A stretch of DNA of 63,312 nucleotides from an uncultured bacterium (GCA_964423875.1 CAYRGS010000001.1:2704-66015), one strand, 5' to 3'. Positions 30,202 through 42,700 are shown, counted from the stretch's first letter. The notes: generated by a model not told the origin, from the letters alone. Numbers and translations are program-made.

Positions 30202-30795
30202 TTACGCTCCGGGTTTTACGTCGGGCGTCTCGGATTCCGCCGCGGCCGACTCGGGTTCCGCCGCAAGCGTTTCGGGTTCCGCCGCGGCCGTCTCGGGTTC
30301 CGCCGCAGGCGTCTCGGCTTCCGCTACGGCCGGCTCGGGGGCTTTCTCATCGGCTTCTTGCGGCGCCGGGGGGGGCTTTTCCGAAACGAATGATTCAGCC
30401 GGCGGACGCGTCGTCCGCTCCGGCGCGCGACGCGACGTCTCCTCGGCGGGTTCGCCTTCCTCCGCGCGTCCGCGCTCGCCGCGCAAGAACTCGGGCGGGG
30501 TGGTTTCATCGGACCCGCAACGGACGGTGAGGTATTTCAGCACGAGCTCGGAGATCGTCAGGTGACTCTCCGTTTCCCGGATCACCTTGGCGGGAGCGGT
30601 GTACCGATAGAGGATGTAGTGGCCGTACCGCTGCCGGCGAATGTTGTACGCGAGGCGTCTCTTCCCCCAACGCTCCATGTCCGAGATCTCGGCACCGCCC
30701 GCCGTCAGGCGATCCCGGACGGCCTCGGCATGGGTTTCGAGCTCTTCGTCGGACAGGTCGGGATGGAAGATCAGAATGGTTTCGTAGTGGGTCAT
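30202..30795 (-). CDS. rpsF: 30S ribosomal protein S6 with a long repetitive Ala/Glu/Pro C-terminal tail
   Basis: ATG 30795 (MTHYETILIFHPDLSDEELE...WGKRRLAYNI). About 95 aa of S6 core are followed by ~100 aa of low-complexity tail including AEPETAA-type heptads. The track start at 30870 is an extension. Confidence 0.93.
   Translation of the reverse strand: MTHYETILIFHPDLSDEELETHAEAVRDRLTAGGAEISDMERWGKRRLAYNIRRQRYGHYILYRYTAPAKVIRETESHLTISELVLKYLTVRCGSDETTPPEFLRGERGRAEEGEPAEETSRRAPERTTRPPAESFVSEKPPPAPQEADEKAPEPAVAEAETPAAEPETAAAEPETLAAEPESAAAESETPDVKPGA
30230..30334. repeat. Five tandem 21-bp repeats inside the rpsF tail
   Basis: Plus-strand units tcggattccgccgcggccgac / tcgggttccgccgcaagcgtt / tcgggttccgccgcggccgtc / tcgggttccgccgcaggcgtc / tcggcttccgctacggccggc. 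They are in frame and encode 7-aa Ala/Glu/Pro/Thr units on the minus strand. Confidence 0.9.
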
Positions 30796-30875
30796 CTGGT
30801 TCTCCTCTCGGGTTGGCAGCCCACAGGTCGAGGCCGGCCCCGCAATGGAGCGTTGGATGCCTGAGAGCAAGGAGA

Positions 30876-30903
30876 AATATAAGGCAGGGGCACGCTACCA
30901 CAA
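30876..30903 (-). promoter_or_regulatory. Candidate promoter of the rpsF-ssb-rpsR operon
   Basis: On the minus strand: TTGTGG (30903-30898), 16-nt spacer, TATATT (30881-30876), ~80 nt upstream of the rpsF ATG. Confidence 0.3.
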
Positions 30904-30972
30904 GGGCGCCCCTGAACACAATCGCTGTCTCCCCTATCTAGTCGGCGTTGGCCGGATCGGCAACCCGGGTTG

Positions 30973-32940
<1,968 letters not shown>

Positions 32941-32945
32941 CGATC

Positions 32946-33554
32946 TCAATCTCCCTTCCGACCCTCTGGGATCCGATCCCGGTCCCAAATCCGAATCAAT
33001 TCAAAAACGCGATCGACGGCTGTGTCGATCACCGCATTCAACGCCCCGCGCTCATGGCGGGTGAACGGGCTCAGGACGTAATCGGCCTCGCGTCCCCGTT
33101 CGGTCTCGCGGCCGATCCCCACCCGGATGCGGGAAAAATCCCCTCCGCCCAGGCTGGCAATGATGGAACGGATTCCGCGTTGCCCGCCGTCTCCGCCCGC
33201 GCGCTTGAGGCGGACCTTTCCGAACTCGATGTCCAGGTCATCGTGGACCACCAGCAGGTCCGCGGGCTCCAGACCGTGCGCTTTCATCAGCCCCCGAACC
33301 GCCCCGCCGGAACGGTTCATGTAAGTCTGCGGCTTGGCCAGGATGACGCGGCGGTCATAAAGAGAGCCATTGTCCGCAAGCGAACAATGGCCCGCGTCCT
33401 CGAACGCGACGCCCAGCCGGGCGGCCATTTCATCCACCACGAGAAACCCGACGTTGTGGCGGGTCTCTTCGTACTCAGCCCCCGGATTTCCCATCCCGAT
33501 GACCAGAACGATTTCACCCGGTTCCGGCCTGGGGCGGGGCTTGAAAAGCCTCAA
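32946..33554 (-). CDS. pth: Peptidyl-tRNA hydrolase
   Basis: [20 protein letters not shown] and HDDLD motifs; 202 aa. Confidence 0.95.
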   Translation of the reverse strand: MRLFKPRPRPEPGEIVLVIGMGNPGAEYEETRHNVGFLVVDEMAARLGVAFEDAGHCSLADNGSLYDRRVILAKPQTYMNRSGGAVRGLMKAHGLEPADLLVVHDDLDIEFGKVRLKRAGGDGGQRGIRSIIASLGGGDFSRIRVGIGRETERGREADYVLSPFTRHERGALNAVIDTAVDRVFELIRIWDRDRIPEGRKGD

Positions 33555-34240
33555 TCCTTGGAGGGCTCTTCTTTGGCCTCTTCGGCCGATTCGGAATCCT
33601 CTCCCTTCGCCTCGTCCTCGCCTTCCACCGCCTCGACCTCTTCGCCTTCCTCCACCTCGGCCGGGGCTTCTTCCTCGACCGTGACGATGGTCACGCTGGC
33701 GACCGCCTCTTCGGATTCGGTCAGGACGGTGACGCCCTCGGGCAATTCCAGGTCTTCCACGTGGAGGACCTGTCCGATCATGAGCTCGCTCACGTCGGCA
33801 TTAATGGCGTCCGGGATGGCTATCGGCAGACAGCGCAGGGTCAGGGTCGAGAGCAACTGGCCGAGATAGCCGTCGTCCTGGGACACCCCGATGGGTATGC
33901 CCTCCAGGTTGATGCGGACCTCGACCTCGACCTCCCGATCCATGGAGATCCGAAGCAGGTCGGCGTGCAGGACCTCGCCCCGGACGGGGTCGTTCTGAAG
34001 GTCCCGGACCATGACCACACGGCTGACGTCGGTGTCTCCCTCGACCTTGAGGGTCATGAGGGCGTTGGCACCCGCCTCTGTGTTCAAGAGCGTCTGGAGC
34101 TCCCGCGGGTCGAGGAGAAGGGAGATGTTCTCTCCTTCCCCGTACATCACCGCCGGGATGCCTCCCTTCCGGCGAACGCGGCGGGCGGGGCCTTTTCCCC
34201 GGCCTTCCCGGGGCTGGGCGTTCAACACCAACTCTTCCAT
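33551..34240 (-). CDS. rplY: 50S ribosomal protein L25/general stress protein Ctc, with an acidic tail
   Basis: ATG 34240 (MEELVLNAQPREGRGKGPARRVRRKGGIPAVMYGEG). Two-domain Ctc form. The tail is [42 protein letters not shown]. Confidence 0.92.
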   Translation of the reverse strand: MEELVLNAQPREGRGKGPARRVRRKGGIPAVMYGEGENISLLLDPRELQTLLNTEAGANALMTLKVEGDTDVSRVVMVRDLQNDPVRGEVLHADLLRISMDREVEVEVRINLEGIPIGVSQDDGYLGQLLSTLTLRCLPIAIPDAINADVSELMIGQVLHVEDLELPEGVTVLTESEEAVASVTIVTVEEEAPAEVEEGEEVEAVEGEDEAKGEDSESAEEAKEEPSKD

Positions 34241-34253
34241 GACCTTCCTCTCA

Positions 34254-35195
<942 letters not shown>

Positions 35196-35232
35196 CAATG
35201 TTGAGGTCCCCGATGTGTCAAGAACTGTACGC

Positions 35233-35307
35233 TGGCTGGGGCGGGAGGATTCGAACCTCCGAATGCTGGGTCCAAAACCCAGTGCCTTACCGCTTGGCGA
35301 CGCCCCA
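35233..35307 (-). tRNA. tRNA-Gln (anticodon UUG), CCA encoded
   Basis: The minus-strand sequence TGGGGCGTCGCCAAGCGGTAAGGCACTGGGTTTTGGACCCAGCATTCGGAGGTTCGAATCCTCCCGCCCCAGCCA folds as a cloverleaf. Acceptor TGGGGCG/CGCCCCA, anticodon stem CTGGG/CCCAG with loop TTTTGGA, T arm GGAGG-TTCGAAT-CCTCC. It closely resembles E. coli tRNA-Gln as I recall it. Confidence 0.93.
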
Positions 35308-35328
35308 AAAAGGGGCAAAACCACTCCA

Positions 35329-35673
35329 TTAAAAAGGCTCCGGCTGTTGGAAAAGAGGTGGCTCGCCGGCCGACCCCTCGCCCTCCGCGGGCGGTGTCGT
35401 TTGCCGGGGCTCCTGACGCTGGCGCAGAATCTCTTGGTATCGGCCCAGGATCCGGTCTTCAATCATCCGACGGGTTTCGCTGTTCAGTGGGTGAGCGGTG
35501 TCCTTGAACGAGCCATCCTTGCGCTTTCGACTCGGCATTGCCACGAACAATCCGTTGGTCCCTTGGATAATCTTCAAGTCTCTGACGACGAAGCATTGAT
35601 CAAAAGTGATGGTCACATAGGCCTTCAGCTTGTCTTCGTCAACGGGGTATACGCGGACCTCGGTGATCTCCAT
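35329..35673 (-). CDS. spoVG: Septation protein SpoVG with a C-terminal extension
   Basis: MEITEVRVYPVDEDKLKAYVTITFDQCFVVRDLKIIQGTNGLFVAMPSRK is the SpoVG signature. Confidence 0.93.
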   Translation of the reverse strand: MEITEVRVYPVDEDKLKAYVTITFDQCFVVRDLKIIQGTNGLFVAMPSRKRKDGSFKDTAHPLNSETRRMIEDRILGRYQEILRQRQEPRQTTPPAEGEGSAGEPPLFQQPEPF

Positions 35674-35722
35674 TTCGCCACCACCCCTCCCCTTTCGGGG
35701 CCCTTGGGATCCTTCGGAAACG

Positions 35723-36601
35723 TTAGAACATGTGGTCTTCCACTCCCAGAGTTCGGGTCAAGCGAGAATAGAACCCATCGCGCGCGATGCTTCGGGCGAC
35801 GCGCGCCGCCCGCCGAGCATCACGAAACCATCCGAAGACCGTCGGCCCGCTTCCACTCATGAGCGCAGGCTCCGCGCCCAGTTTCTCCAGCCGGGATTTC
35901 AACTCCCCGACGATGGGGTGGGCCGTAACCACCGCCCCCTCCAAGTCATTCCGCCCCGCGTCCCACCCCGGCGGCAGCCGGGGAATCACGGGTTTTCCGT
36001 ACCTCATCTTAGGTTTGCTGGCAGGGAGTGTCAACCCGGATTTCAACGCCCCGTACGCCCACGCGGTCGACACCGAAAGGGGCGGTTTGACCAGTACCAC
36101 CGGACGGACCGGGCCGGGCGGGATCTCGGTCAGGCGGTTCCCCTTTCCTTCACCCAAGGCGCACGATCCGCCCAGAAAAAACGGAACATCCGCCCCGAGC
36201 TCCCCCGCCATGGCCGACAGGGCTTTCATCGAAAGGCCCAGCTCCAACAGGGTGTTCAGGCCGAACAGAACCGCCGCCGCATCTGCGCTCCCTCCGCCCA
36301 GCCCCGCCGCGGCGGGGATCTTCTTTTCGATGTATACCGAACATCCAGCCGTGGAGCGCGTCTTCTCCAGCAAGCGTTCGGCCGCACGATGGGCGAGATT
36401 GAGCGCTCCATCGGGAACGTCGGGATGCGAGCACCAGACGCGCAGCCCCTGGGGTCGGCGCGTCAAGGTCACGCGGTCCCGCAGGTCCACTTTTTGAAGG
36501 ACCGTCCGGACCTCGTGATATCCGTCCGGCCGCTTGCCCTGGACAGTCAGGCCCAGGTTGATTTTCGCCGGAGGGTAAAGACTCAGGGTCCGCGGGGGCA
36601 T
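35723..36601 (-). CDS. ispE: 4-diphosphocytidyl-2-C-methyl-D-erythritol kinase
   Basis: ATG 36601 (MPPRTLSLYPPAKINLGLTV). GHMP kinase motif IPAAAGLGGGSADAAA. The track start at 37036 overlaps the upstream gene. Confidence 0.92.
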   Translation of the reverse strand: MPPRTLSLYPPAKINLGLTVQGKRPDGYHEVRTVLQKVDLRDRVTLTRRPQGLRVWCSHPDVPDGALNLAHRAAERLLEKTRSTAGCSVYIEKKIPAAAGLGGGSADAAAVLFGLNTLLELGLSMKALSAMAGELGADVPFFLGGSCALGEGKGNRLTEIPPGPVRPVVLVKPPLSVSTAWAYGALKSGLTLPASKPKMRYGKPVIPRLPPGWDAGRNDLEGAVVTAHPIVGELKSRLEKLGAEPALMSGSGPTVFGWFRDARRAARVARSIARDGFYSRLTRTLGVEDHMF

Positions 36602-36606
36602 CGTTG

Positions 36607-37416
36607 TCAACGACCCATGGGGATCACGGGGACATTCGTGGGGGCCGGGAGGCGGAAGGCCGGCGGCGCGAGGCCCCGGTTCACCGATACCCGGCCGTAA
36701 TGGACCTCGAGGGTCCGCTTCTCCGGCCCCACTTCGACCGAGACATCCGTTGGGATCAGGGTATCCGCCTCCCTGCGATAGGCGTCGTACCGGACGGTCA
36801 ATATGGTCTCTCCCCCGGGGTTGAGCGCCTGAAACCGGATGGGCAGGAAGGTCCGGGCGTCGACCCACCAGCGGCGCGCCGACCCCCCCTTCATGAGGAC
36901 TTCTAGGCGGTAGGCCCCCGGGCCGCCGCCCGAGCCGTCCCACGCGGCCCGGACTTGACCCCCTTCTCCGGACGCCGCGACTTCCGCCCAGAGAACATCC
37001 ACCACTTCTTTCGGGGAAAGCGGAATTCCGAGCCACTGACGCAGGTTCTCAGGGGTGGCGGGTCCGCGGAAGTGCTTGCGGCTGCCGGGTTGGTAGGCCT
37101 GCAAACGGCCGTTGTGCGCGATGATGTAGATCAGGGGCCGGCCGAAGAAGTTGAGCGGCTCGAGCCGAATCGACCCCCCGGCCCGAAGAAGCAGGACCGC
37201 CTTTCCGACGTAACGCTCTTGCCCGGAATCCAGGGTGATTTCCACCAGTCCCCGCAGGTCGCGCACCCGATTTCGCGCGCGCCGAACCCGTTCCAGGAGC
37301 GAATCGGGGCGGCTCAGAAACCGGCCGGCTTCCGGGGGGGGAGGGACGGCGATGGAGGCGCAACCCGCCGCGGCGGCCAGGATCCACCCCACCGTCGCGG
37401 TCCGGAGGGGTCTCAC
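36607..37416 (-). CDS. LolB-like outer-membrane lipoprotein (DUF4292-type)
   Basis: Signal peptide with lipobox (ILAAAAGC). Beta-rich, 269 aa. It lies immediately upstream of ispE, as lolB does in the lolB-ispE-prs arrangement. Family assignment rests on position and general features only. Confidence 0.55.
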   Translation of the reverse strand: MRPLRTATVGWILAAAAGCASIAVPPPPEAGRFLSRPDSLLERVRRARNRVRDLRGLVEITLDSGQERYVGKAVLLLRAGGSIRLEPLNFFGRPLIYIIAHNGRLQAYQPGSRKHFRGPATPENLRQWLGIPLSPKEVVDVLWAEVAASGEGGQVRAAWDGSGGGPGAYRLEVLMKGGSARRWWVDARTFLPIRFQALNPGGETILTVRYDAYRREADTLIPTDVSVEVGPEKRTLEVHYGRVSVNRGLAPPAFRLPAPTNVPVIPMGR

Positions 37417-39257
37417 CTCCGTTCCGCCCTTTGCAGCTCCTTTTGCACGCGCTCGAATTTGGCTCGGACTTTTTTGTTCTTAAAATCGATCTTGAGAGAT
37501 CTCTGCCAGGCGCGCCTGGCCGCCTTCCACCGTTTCAGATCAAAGTACACATCTCCCAGATGATCCAGGATAACCGGGTCGTCCGGGAGAAGAGAGGTCG
37601 CCAGCTTCAGCTTCTTCAGCGCCTTTTTGAGCCATCCCTTCTTGTAATAGACCCAGCCTAGGCTATCCATGAACGCCCCGTTGTTGGGTTCGAGGGCCAA
37701 GGCCTTTTCCACAGCCGCAACGGCCTCGTCCAGGCGGATGCCCTGCTCGGACCACATGTAACCCAATAGGTTGTTGGCGTTGGAATTGCGTGGATTGATC
37801 TTCAGAACGGCCTTCATCAACCGGGCGACTTCGGGGTATTCCTTCAGCTCATAGTGGGCCACGCCCAGGTTGAACAGATACCGTTCGTTCTTCGGTTCCA
37901 GCGCGATGGCGCGGCGGTAGTGGGGGATGGCGGGCCTGAATTTCTTCCGGCGGGCATTGAAAAGTCCCAGCATGAACGGGGCCCGGGGGTCTTTGGGAGC
38001 GAGGGTCTGGACCTCTTCGAGGGGTTTCAGCGCCTCCTCCTCGCGTTTGAGCTCCATGAGCACGCGACTGACCTGAATCCGGCCGTCCACGGACTTGGGG
38101 TGATCGCGAAGCACGAGCTCCAACTCCTTGTGCGCCGCGGCCAACCGCCCTTGGTTCTCGAGAATGCTCGCGATGTATCGCCGGATTCTGCCGTCTTGGG
38201 GGCGACTGTGAAGGACCAGACGAAACTTCTCCAGCGCCCAGGCGTAACGGCGCTGCTCGAAGAGGATGAGCCCCACGACCCGTTGGGCGAGTAGGGTGGC
38301 GGTGGAGTGCTGAAACCATTTCGCGAATCCGGCCTTCGGCGGCGGAAGGCCGTCCTTCATGTGCGTCAACTGTTCCAGTCGCTCCCGGACGACTTTGTTC
38401 TCGGGCGCGAGGTGAAGGACCCGGCGGTACGCCTTGACGGCCTCGGGGATCTTGGCCTGAAGCTCCAGGACCCTTCCGACGCTGATCAGAGCGTCCCGGA
38501 AACGCGGTAACGAGCGAAGGGTGGACCGCAGACTCTTCAAGGCCTTCTCATATTCCTTCGTCCGAAGGTGGATCTGCCCCAGATAGTAATGGGCGAAAGC
38601 CGACCGGCGGTTCAGCTTCAATAACTGATTTAGGTTCCGCGCGGCATTCTCGTACTCGCCCGTCTCCGTGAGCAGCGCCCCCAGATACAGGTGGGCCTCC
38701 TGACGGTTCGGCCGTATCTTCAGGACGGCCCGGAATTGGGCGATGGCCTTCTTCCGGCGGCCCGAAGCGATCTCGAGATCGGCCAGCAGGAGCCTGAGCC
38801 TTATCCGGCCGGGCGCTAGGCGAACGCCCGCTCGCGCCTCTTTTGTCGCGTTTTCCACCCGGCCGAGCCGCAGGAGCACGGAGGCCAGGACGTATCGGAG
38901 GTAAGCATTGCGCGGGGCCAGACGGACCGCTTGCCGGTAAGCCCGTTCGGCCGCCGGAAGGTCGCTTTCCAGGTCCGCCGAGTATCCCCGGATAAACAGA
39001 GCGTAATCGGCCCCGGGCGCATCGGGGGAGCGCCGAGACTTCGAATCGGGCCATTTCGCCTGATCTCGCGCGGACGCGCGCAGGGTTCCGCCCGCGTCCT
39101 TTTTCTCCGACTGGACTTGGCGAAGGGGCCGGCGATCCGGAACGGACCCGACGGGCCGGGCCGGGTTTTCGGCCTGCGAAGGGATCTCCGCGCATCCCGG
39201 GGTCAGCCCCAGGGACAGGAAGAGTCCGCAAACCCAAGCAATCGTTCGATATGTCAA
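37413..39257 (-). CDS. TPR-repeat lipoprotein
   Basis: Lipobox LSLGLTPGC, followed by many 34-aa TPR units (repeated A..Y..AL.L.P.....A...LG patterns) over 614 aa. Confidence 0.8.
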   Translation of the reverse strand: MTYRTIAWVCGLFLSLGLTPGCAEIPSQAENPARPVGSVPDRRPLRQVQSEKKDAGGTLRASARDQAKWPDSKSRRSPDAPGADYALFIRGYSADLESDLPAAERAYRQAVRLAPRNAYLRYVLASVLLRLGRVENATKEARAGVRLAPGRIRLRLLLADLEIASGRRKKAIAQFRAVLKIRPNRQEAHLYLGALLTETGEYENAARNLNQLLKLNRRSAFAHYYLGQIHLRTKEYEKALKSLRSTLRSLPRFRDALISVGRVLELQAKIPEAVKAYRRVLHLAPENKVVRERLEQLTHMKDGLPPPKAGFAKWFQHSTATLLAQRVVGLILFEQRRYAWALEKFRLVLHSRPQDGRIRRYIASILENQGRLAAAHKELELVLRDHPKSVDGRIQVSRVLMELKREEEALKPLEEVQTLAPKDPRAPFMLGLFNARRKKFRPAIPHYRRAIALEPKNERYLFNLGVAHYELKEYPEVARLMKAVLKINPRNSNANNLLGYMWSEQGIRLDEAVAAVEKALALEPNNGAFMDSLGWVYYKKGWLKKALKKLKLATSLLPDDPVILDHLGDVYFDLKRWKAARRAWQRSLKIDFKNKKVRAKFERVQKELQRAERR

Positions 39258-39733
39258 GGTTCCACCCTTCTAGCCCGGGCCAGGAGTTGCGCAAGGGCAT
39301 CGCGGACCCCGGGGTCTTCGATCTTCGCTAGGGCGGCCCGCGATTCCGCCCGATCCGGGGCTTGGGCGGCCATCCGGGCTCTCCGCTTCCGCGTCTTTTC
39401 GGCCTCGATATTGTCCTCCGGGGCCGCGGGCCTCCACGGTGCGTCCGCCTGGCGGAAAAAGATCCGGTCCAGGACGTCCCGGCCCACCGCTTGATTGAGC
39501 GCACGGCGGACGGATTCGCTGAGGAACACCATCTGCTGCAACCACACCGGGTCCCGAACCTCTACGTATAATGTTCGCCCTTTCACTTCCACTGGATTTG
39601 TCATCCGGGCCACCGTCGGGCCGACGGCCTCCTCCCAGTTCCGGATGACCTCGTAGCGTTGAATCCCCGGTCCCCAGGGGGCGGACCGGGTGACATTACG
39701 AAGGATCGACCCTACAGGGGTGAAGCCGCTCAT
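39254..39733 (-). CDS. DUF721-domain protein (DciA-like)
   Basis: ATG 39733 (MSGFTPVGSILRNV...). IRNWEEAVGPTVARMTNPVEVKGRTLYVEVRDPVWLQQMVFLSESVRRALNQAVG matches my memory of the DUF721 pattern. The track start at 39943 overlaps plsC. Confidence 0.65.
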   Translation of the reverse strand: MSGFTPVGSILRNVTRSAPWGPGIQRYEVIRNWEEAVGPTVARMTNPVEVKGRTLYVEVRDPVWLQQMVFLSESVRRALNQAVGRDVLDRIFFRQADAPWRPAAPEDNIEAEKTRKRRARMAAQAPDRAESRAALAKIEDPGVRDALAQLLARARRVEP

Positions 39734-40473
39734 ATCTCGACGACCCGGCCTTCGGCTTTGACTTCTTCCACAAGCCCGCCGATGGCCGACATGACGTGAT
39801 CGATGATTTGCTGGCTGTTCTCTTTGGTGGGCGGCAGCGCGTAGAGAGGTTCCATGTCCAATGGGGGGCCGAACCGGACGCCGAGATCCTTTCCGACGCG
39901 GGGCCATGGGCTGGTGGGCGGTATGGCTAGGATGGTCCCCCACACCGCGGCTGGAATAACGACCGGCTGGGCCTGATGAATCAATCTGCCCACGGTCCGC
40001 TTTCCCGGAAGGAGCTTTCCGTCCATGCTCCGGGTTCCCTCGGGGTAGAGCACAACCTTCCCCGTTCTCATCGCCTGGATGATCTGGCGCATGCCCCGAA
40101 GGTCCCGACCTGTCCGGTTCACGAAGATGGAGCCGTAACTCTGAAGAAAAGCGCCGAGCATGGGAACCTTTTTGAGCTCGGTCTTGGCCACGGATCGGGC
40201 CAGTTGAGTCGGATACCGAATCAGGATGGCCGCCGGGATCAGCGCCGGGTCCAGGTCCGAGATGTGGTTGCTGACAATCAGCACGGGGCCGTCTTCGGGA
40301 ATGTGTTCAAGCCCCTCGAAACGGGTATGGTTGAAGATCTTCAGATAAATGAGAATGAGGATCAGGGAAAACCAGACCCAGAGATACCACAGGGGCTTCA
40401 GGATTCCCTCGGGCCTCCTCCAGCCCGAATGCGCCGATTTCCTCAAGACCTTGCTTCTGATTGTATTGGCCAT
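39730..40473 (-). CDS. plsC: 1-acyl-sn-glycerol-3-phosphate acyltransferase
   Basis: ATG 40473. HX4D motif (NHISDLD), FVNR and PEGTRS motifs, plus an N-terminal TM helix. Confidence 0.85.
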   Translation of the reverse strand: MANTIRSKVLRKSAHSGWRRPEGILKPLWYLWVWFSLILILIYLKIFNHTRFEGLEHIPEDGPVLIVSNHISDLDPALIPAAILIRYPTQLARSVAKTELKKVPMLGAFLQSYGSIFVNRTGRDLRGMRQIIQAMRTGKVVLYPEGTRSMDGKLLPGKRTVGRLIHQAQPVVIPAAVWGTILAIPPTSPWPRVGKDLGVRFGPPLDMEPLYALPPTKENSQQIIDHVMSAIGGLVEEVKAEGRVVEI

Positions 40474-40719
40474 GACCCAAGAGTGACGTTGGTGGATTAA
40501 ACAGCTTGCCAAATTCGCAAGGTGCATACGGATCATACCATAGTCCGGGCCGAACCCCGCTGGAAGATTTCTGTGCTGTGGATCAGATATACGAACGCCC
40601 ATTTTTGGGCCGGCGCGCGCGGGTCATGAGTTGCGGGCCTTCCATACCTTGTGCTATCGTGGAGCCTAGCGATAGGTATCCTCATCTTTCTCCCCATTGC
40701 TTGAACCCTCCGGTACTCG

Positions 40720-42093
40720 ATGCCAACTGTCAACCGCGAAATCTTCAGAGAATACGACATTCGGGGTGTAGTGGAAGAGGACTTGGACGTCCCCGCGGTT
40801 CGTGCGATCGGGCGCGCCATCGGGACGGCCCTTCGCGTTCAAGACGGCACCACCTTCGTTGTGGGCCGGGACGTGCGGCCGAGCTCGCCCGCCATCCGGG
40901 TGAGCCTCATCGACGGTCTTCGCGCCACGGGCGCACAGGTGAGCGACGTCGGCATTGTCCCCACACCGGTTTTGTACTTCGCCGCGATTCACCTCGAAAG
41001 CGACGGCGCCGTCATGGTCACGGCGAGTCATAACCCCCCGGAGTTCAATGGATTCAAGGTTTGCCGGGGCGTGGAATCTTTGGCGGGAGAGATGATTCGC
41101 GCCCTGGCCGATATCATCGAGCGCCGCGATTTCGCCCGGGGCAACGGCCGCGCCGTCCGGGTGGAAGTCCTCGACGACTACCGGGCGGTCCTGGGCTCCA
41201 AGTTCTCTTTCGACCAGCCGCTCAAGGTGGTCGTGGACGGCGGCAACGGGGTCATGGGCGGGTTGGCGGTGCGGGTCATCGAATCCTTCGGCCATAAGGT
41301 CATTCCGCTTTATTGCGAGCCGGACGGCAACTTTCCCCATCATCACCCGGACCCTTCCGTTGCGGAGAACCTGGAAGACCTCATCGAAACGGTCCGGACC
41401 GAAGGCGCGGACCTCGGCGTCGCATTCGATGGAGACGGCGACCGCCTCGGCGCGGTCGACGAAAAGGGGGCCATCCTCTGGCCCGATTACCTGATGATCC
41501 TCTTCGCCCGCGACGTTCTCTCTCGCAGGCCCGGGGCCCCCATCGTGTTCGAGGTGAAATGCTCGATGAACCTCATCCGGGCCATCGAGAAAGCGGGGGG
41601 CCGGCCGGTGATGTGGAAGGCCGGACACTCCCTCATCAAAAAAAAGCTGAAGGAAGAGAACGCGCCGCTGGCGGGTGAGTTCTCCGGCCACATGTTTTTC
41701 GCAGACGATTACTACGGCTACGACGACGCACTCTACGCGGCCCTGCGGCTCCTGGATTTGCGCGCCCGCGCCGGCGCGCCGCTCTCCAGCCTCCTGGCCG
41801 ACGTTCCGCCGCTCTTCGCGTCCCCCGAAATCAAGCTCCCATGCCCGGACGCCGAAAAGTTCCGCGTCGTCGAGGGCCTGCGGGACCGACTGGAAGGCCG
41901 CTTCCCCCTGATCACCCTCGACGGCGTCCGGGTAGATTTCGGCGACGGCTGGGGTTTGGTGCGCGCCTCCAATACGACCGAGGCCCTGACCGTCCGCTTC
42001 GAGGCCGAGTCCGCGGAGCGGCTCGAAGAGATCCGCTCGGAGATCCTGGGTCACTTGAGGGCGTTTCCTCAAGTCGAGGGCGTGAATGGTTAA
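40720..42093 (+). CDS. Phosphomannomutase/phosphoglucomutase
   Basis: Active-site TASHNPPEFNGFK, metal loop GVAFDGDGDR, sugar-binding GEFSGH; 457 aa. Confidence 0.93.
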   Translation: MPTVNREIFREYDIRGVVEEDLDVPAVRAIGRAIGTALRVQDGTTFVVGRDVRPSSPAIRVSLIDGLRATGAQVSDVGIVPTPVLYFAAIHLESDGAVMVTASHNPPEFNGFKVCRGVESLAGEMIRALADIIERRDFARGNGRAVRVEVLDDYRAVLGSKFSFDQPLKVVVDGGNGVMGGLAVRVIESFGHKVIPLYCEPDGNFPHHHPDPSVAENLEDLIETVRTEGADLGVAFDGDGDRLGAVDEKGAILWPDYLMILFARDVLSRRPGAPIVFEVKCSMNLIRAIEKAGGRPVMWKAGHSLIKKKLKEENAPLAGEFSGHMFFADDYYGYDDALYAALRLLDLRARAGAPLSSLLADVPPLFASPEIKLPCPDAEKFRVVEGLRDRLEGRFPLITLDGVRVDFGDGWGLVRASNTTEALTVRFEAESAERLEEIRSEILGHLRAFPQVEGVNG

Positions 42094-42700
42094 GTCACTT
42101 TATGACTGGATGCTCCATTGGGCGGAAACACCCTACGGGAGTTGGGCCCTGGGCCTGCTGGCCTTCGCGGAGTCTTCCTTCTTCCCCCTTCCGCCCGATC
42201 CGCTTCTCATCGCGCTGGCGCTGGGCGCCCCCGACAAGGCCCTGTGGTTTGCGCTGATCTGCTCGGCGGCCTCGGTGGCCGGCGGCATCCTGGGCTATCT
42301 GATCGGGATGGGGCTCATGGGGACCGTCGGGAGCCGCATCCTTAGATTCTACGGGGCCGAAGCCAAGTGGGAGTCCATCAAGCGACTGTTCGACCGCTAT
42401 GACGCCTGGGCGGTCGTCATCGCCGGTTTCACCCCGATCCCGTACAAGGTATTTACCATCGCCGCCGGGGCCTTTCGGATCCGCTTCGGGACGTTCGTGA
42501 TCGCCTCCATCATCGGCCGGGCCGGGCGGTTCTTCCTGGTGGCCGGATTGATTTACCTCTACGGTGATGTGATTCGCACGTTCATCGACCGGTATTTCAA
42601 CCTCCTGTCCGTGGCGTTTATCGTCCTCCTCGTTCTGGGGTTTTTGCTCGTGAAGCTCGCCTTGGGCCGTCACGGGAAGGCCCCATCGGAATCTTCATGA
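42086..42700 (+). CDS. yqaA: YqaA-type membrane protein (DedA/SNARE-associated superfamily)
   Basis: 204 aa: LLAFAESSFFPLPPDPLLIALAL...AGFTPIPYKVFTIAAG. It overlaps the pmm stop by 8 nt and the manC start by 4 nt. Confidence 0.75.
   Translation: MVKSLYDWMLHWAETPYGSWALGLLAFAESSFFPLPPDPLLIALALGAPDKALWFALICSAASVAGGILGYLIGMGLMGTVGSRILRFYGAEAKWESIKRLFDRYDAWAVVIAGFTPIPYKVFTIAAGAFRIRFGTFVIASIIGRAGRFFLVAGLIYLYGDVIRTFIDRYFNLLSVAFIVLLVLGFLLVKLALGRHGKAPSESS

Noticed and set aside
30230-30334. Regularly spaced 21-bp repeats considered as a possible CRISPR array
   Set aside because: The units are directly tandem with no spacers. They are in frame within rpsF and encode heptad peptide repeats. No cas genes are present anywhere in the window.
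35196-35462. N-terminal 89 codons of the track ORF 34254-35462 (prs extension)
   Set aside because: The extension reads straight through the tRNA-Gln gene (FGASPSGKALGFGPSIRRFESSRP is translated tRNA). The canonical Prs N-terminus starts at ATG 35195.
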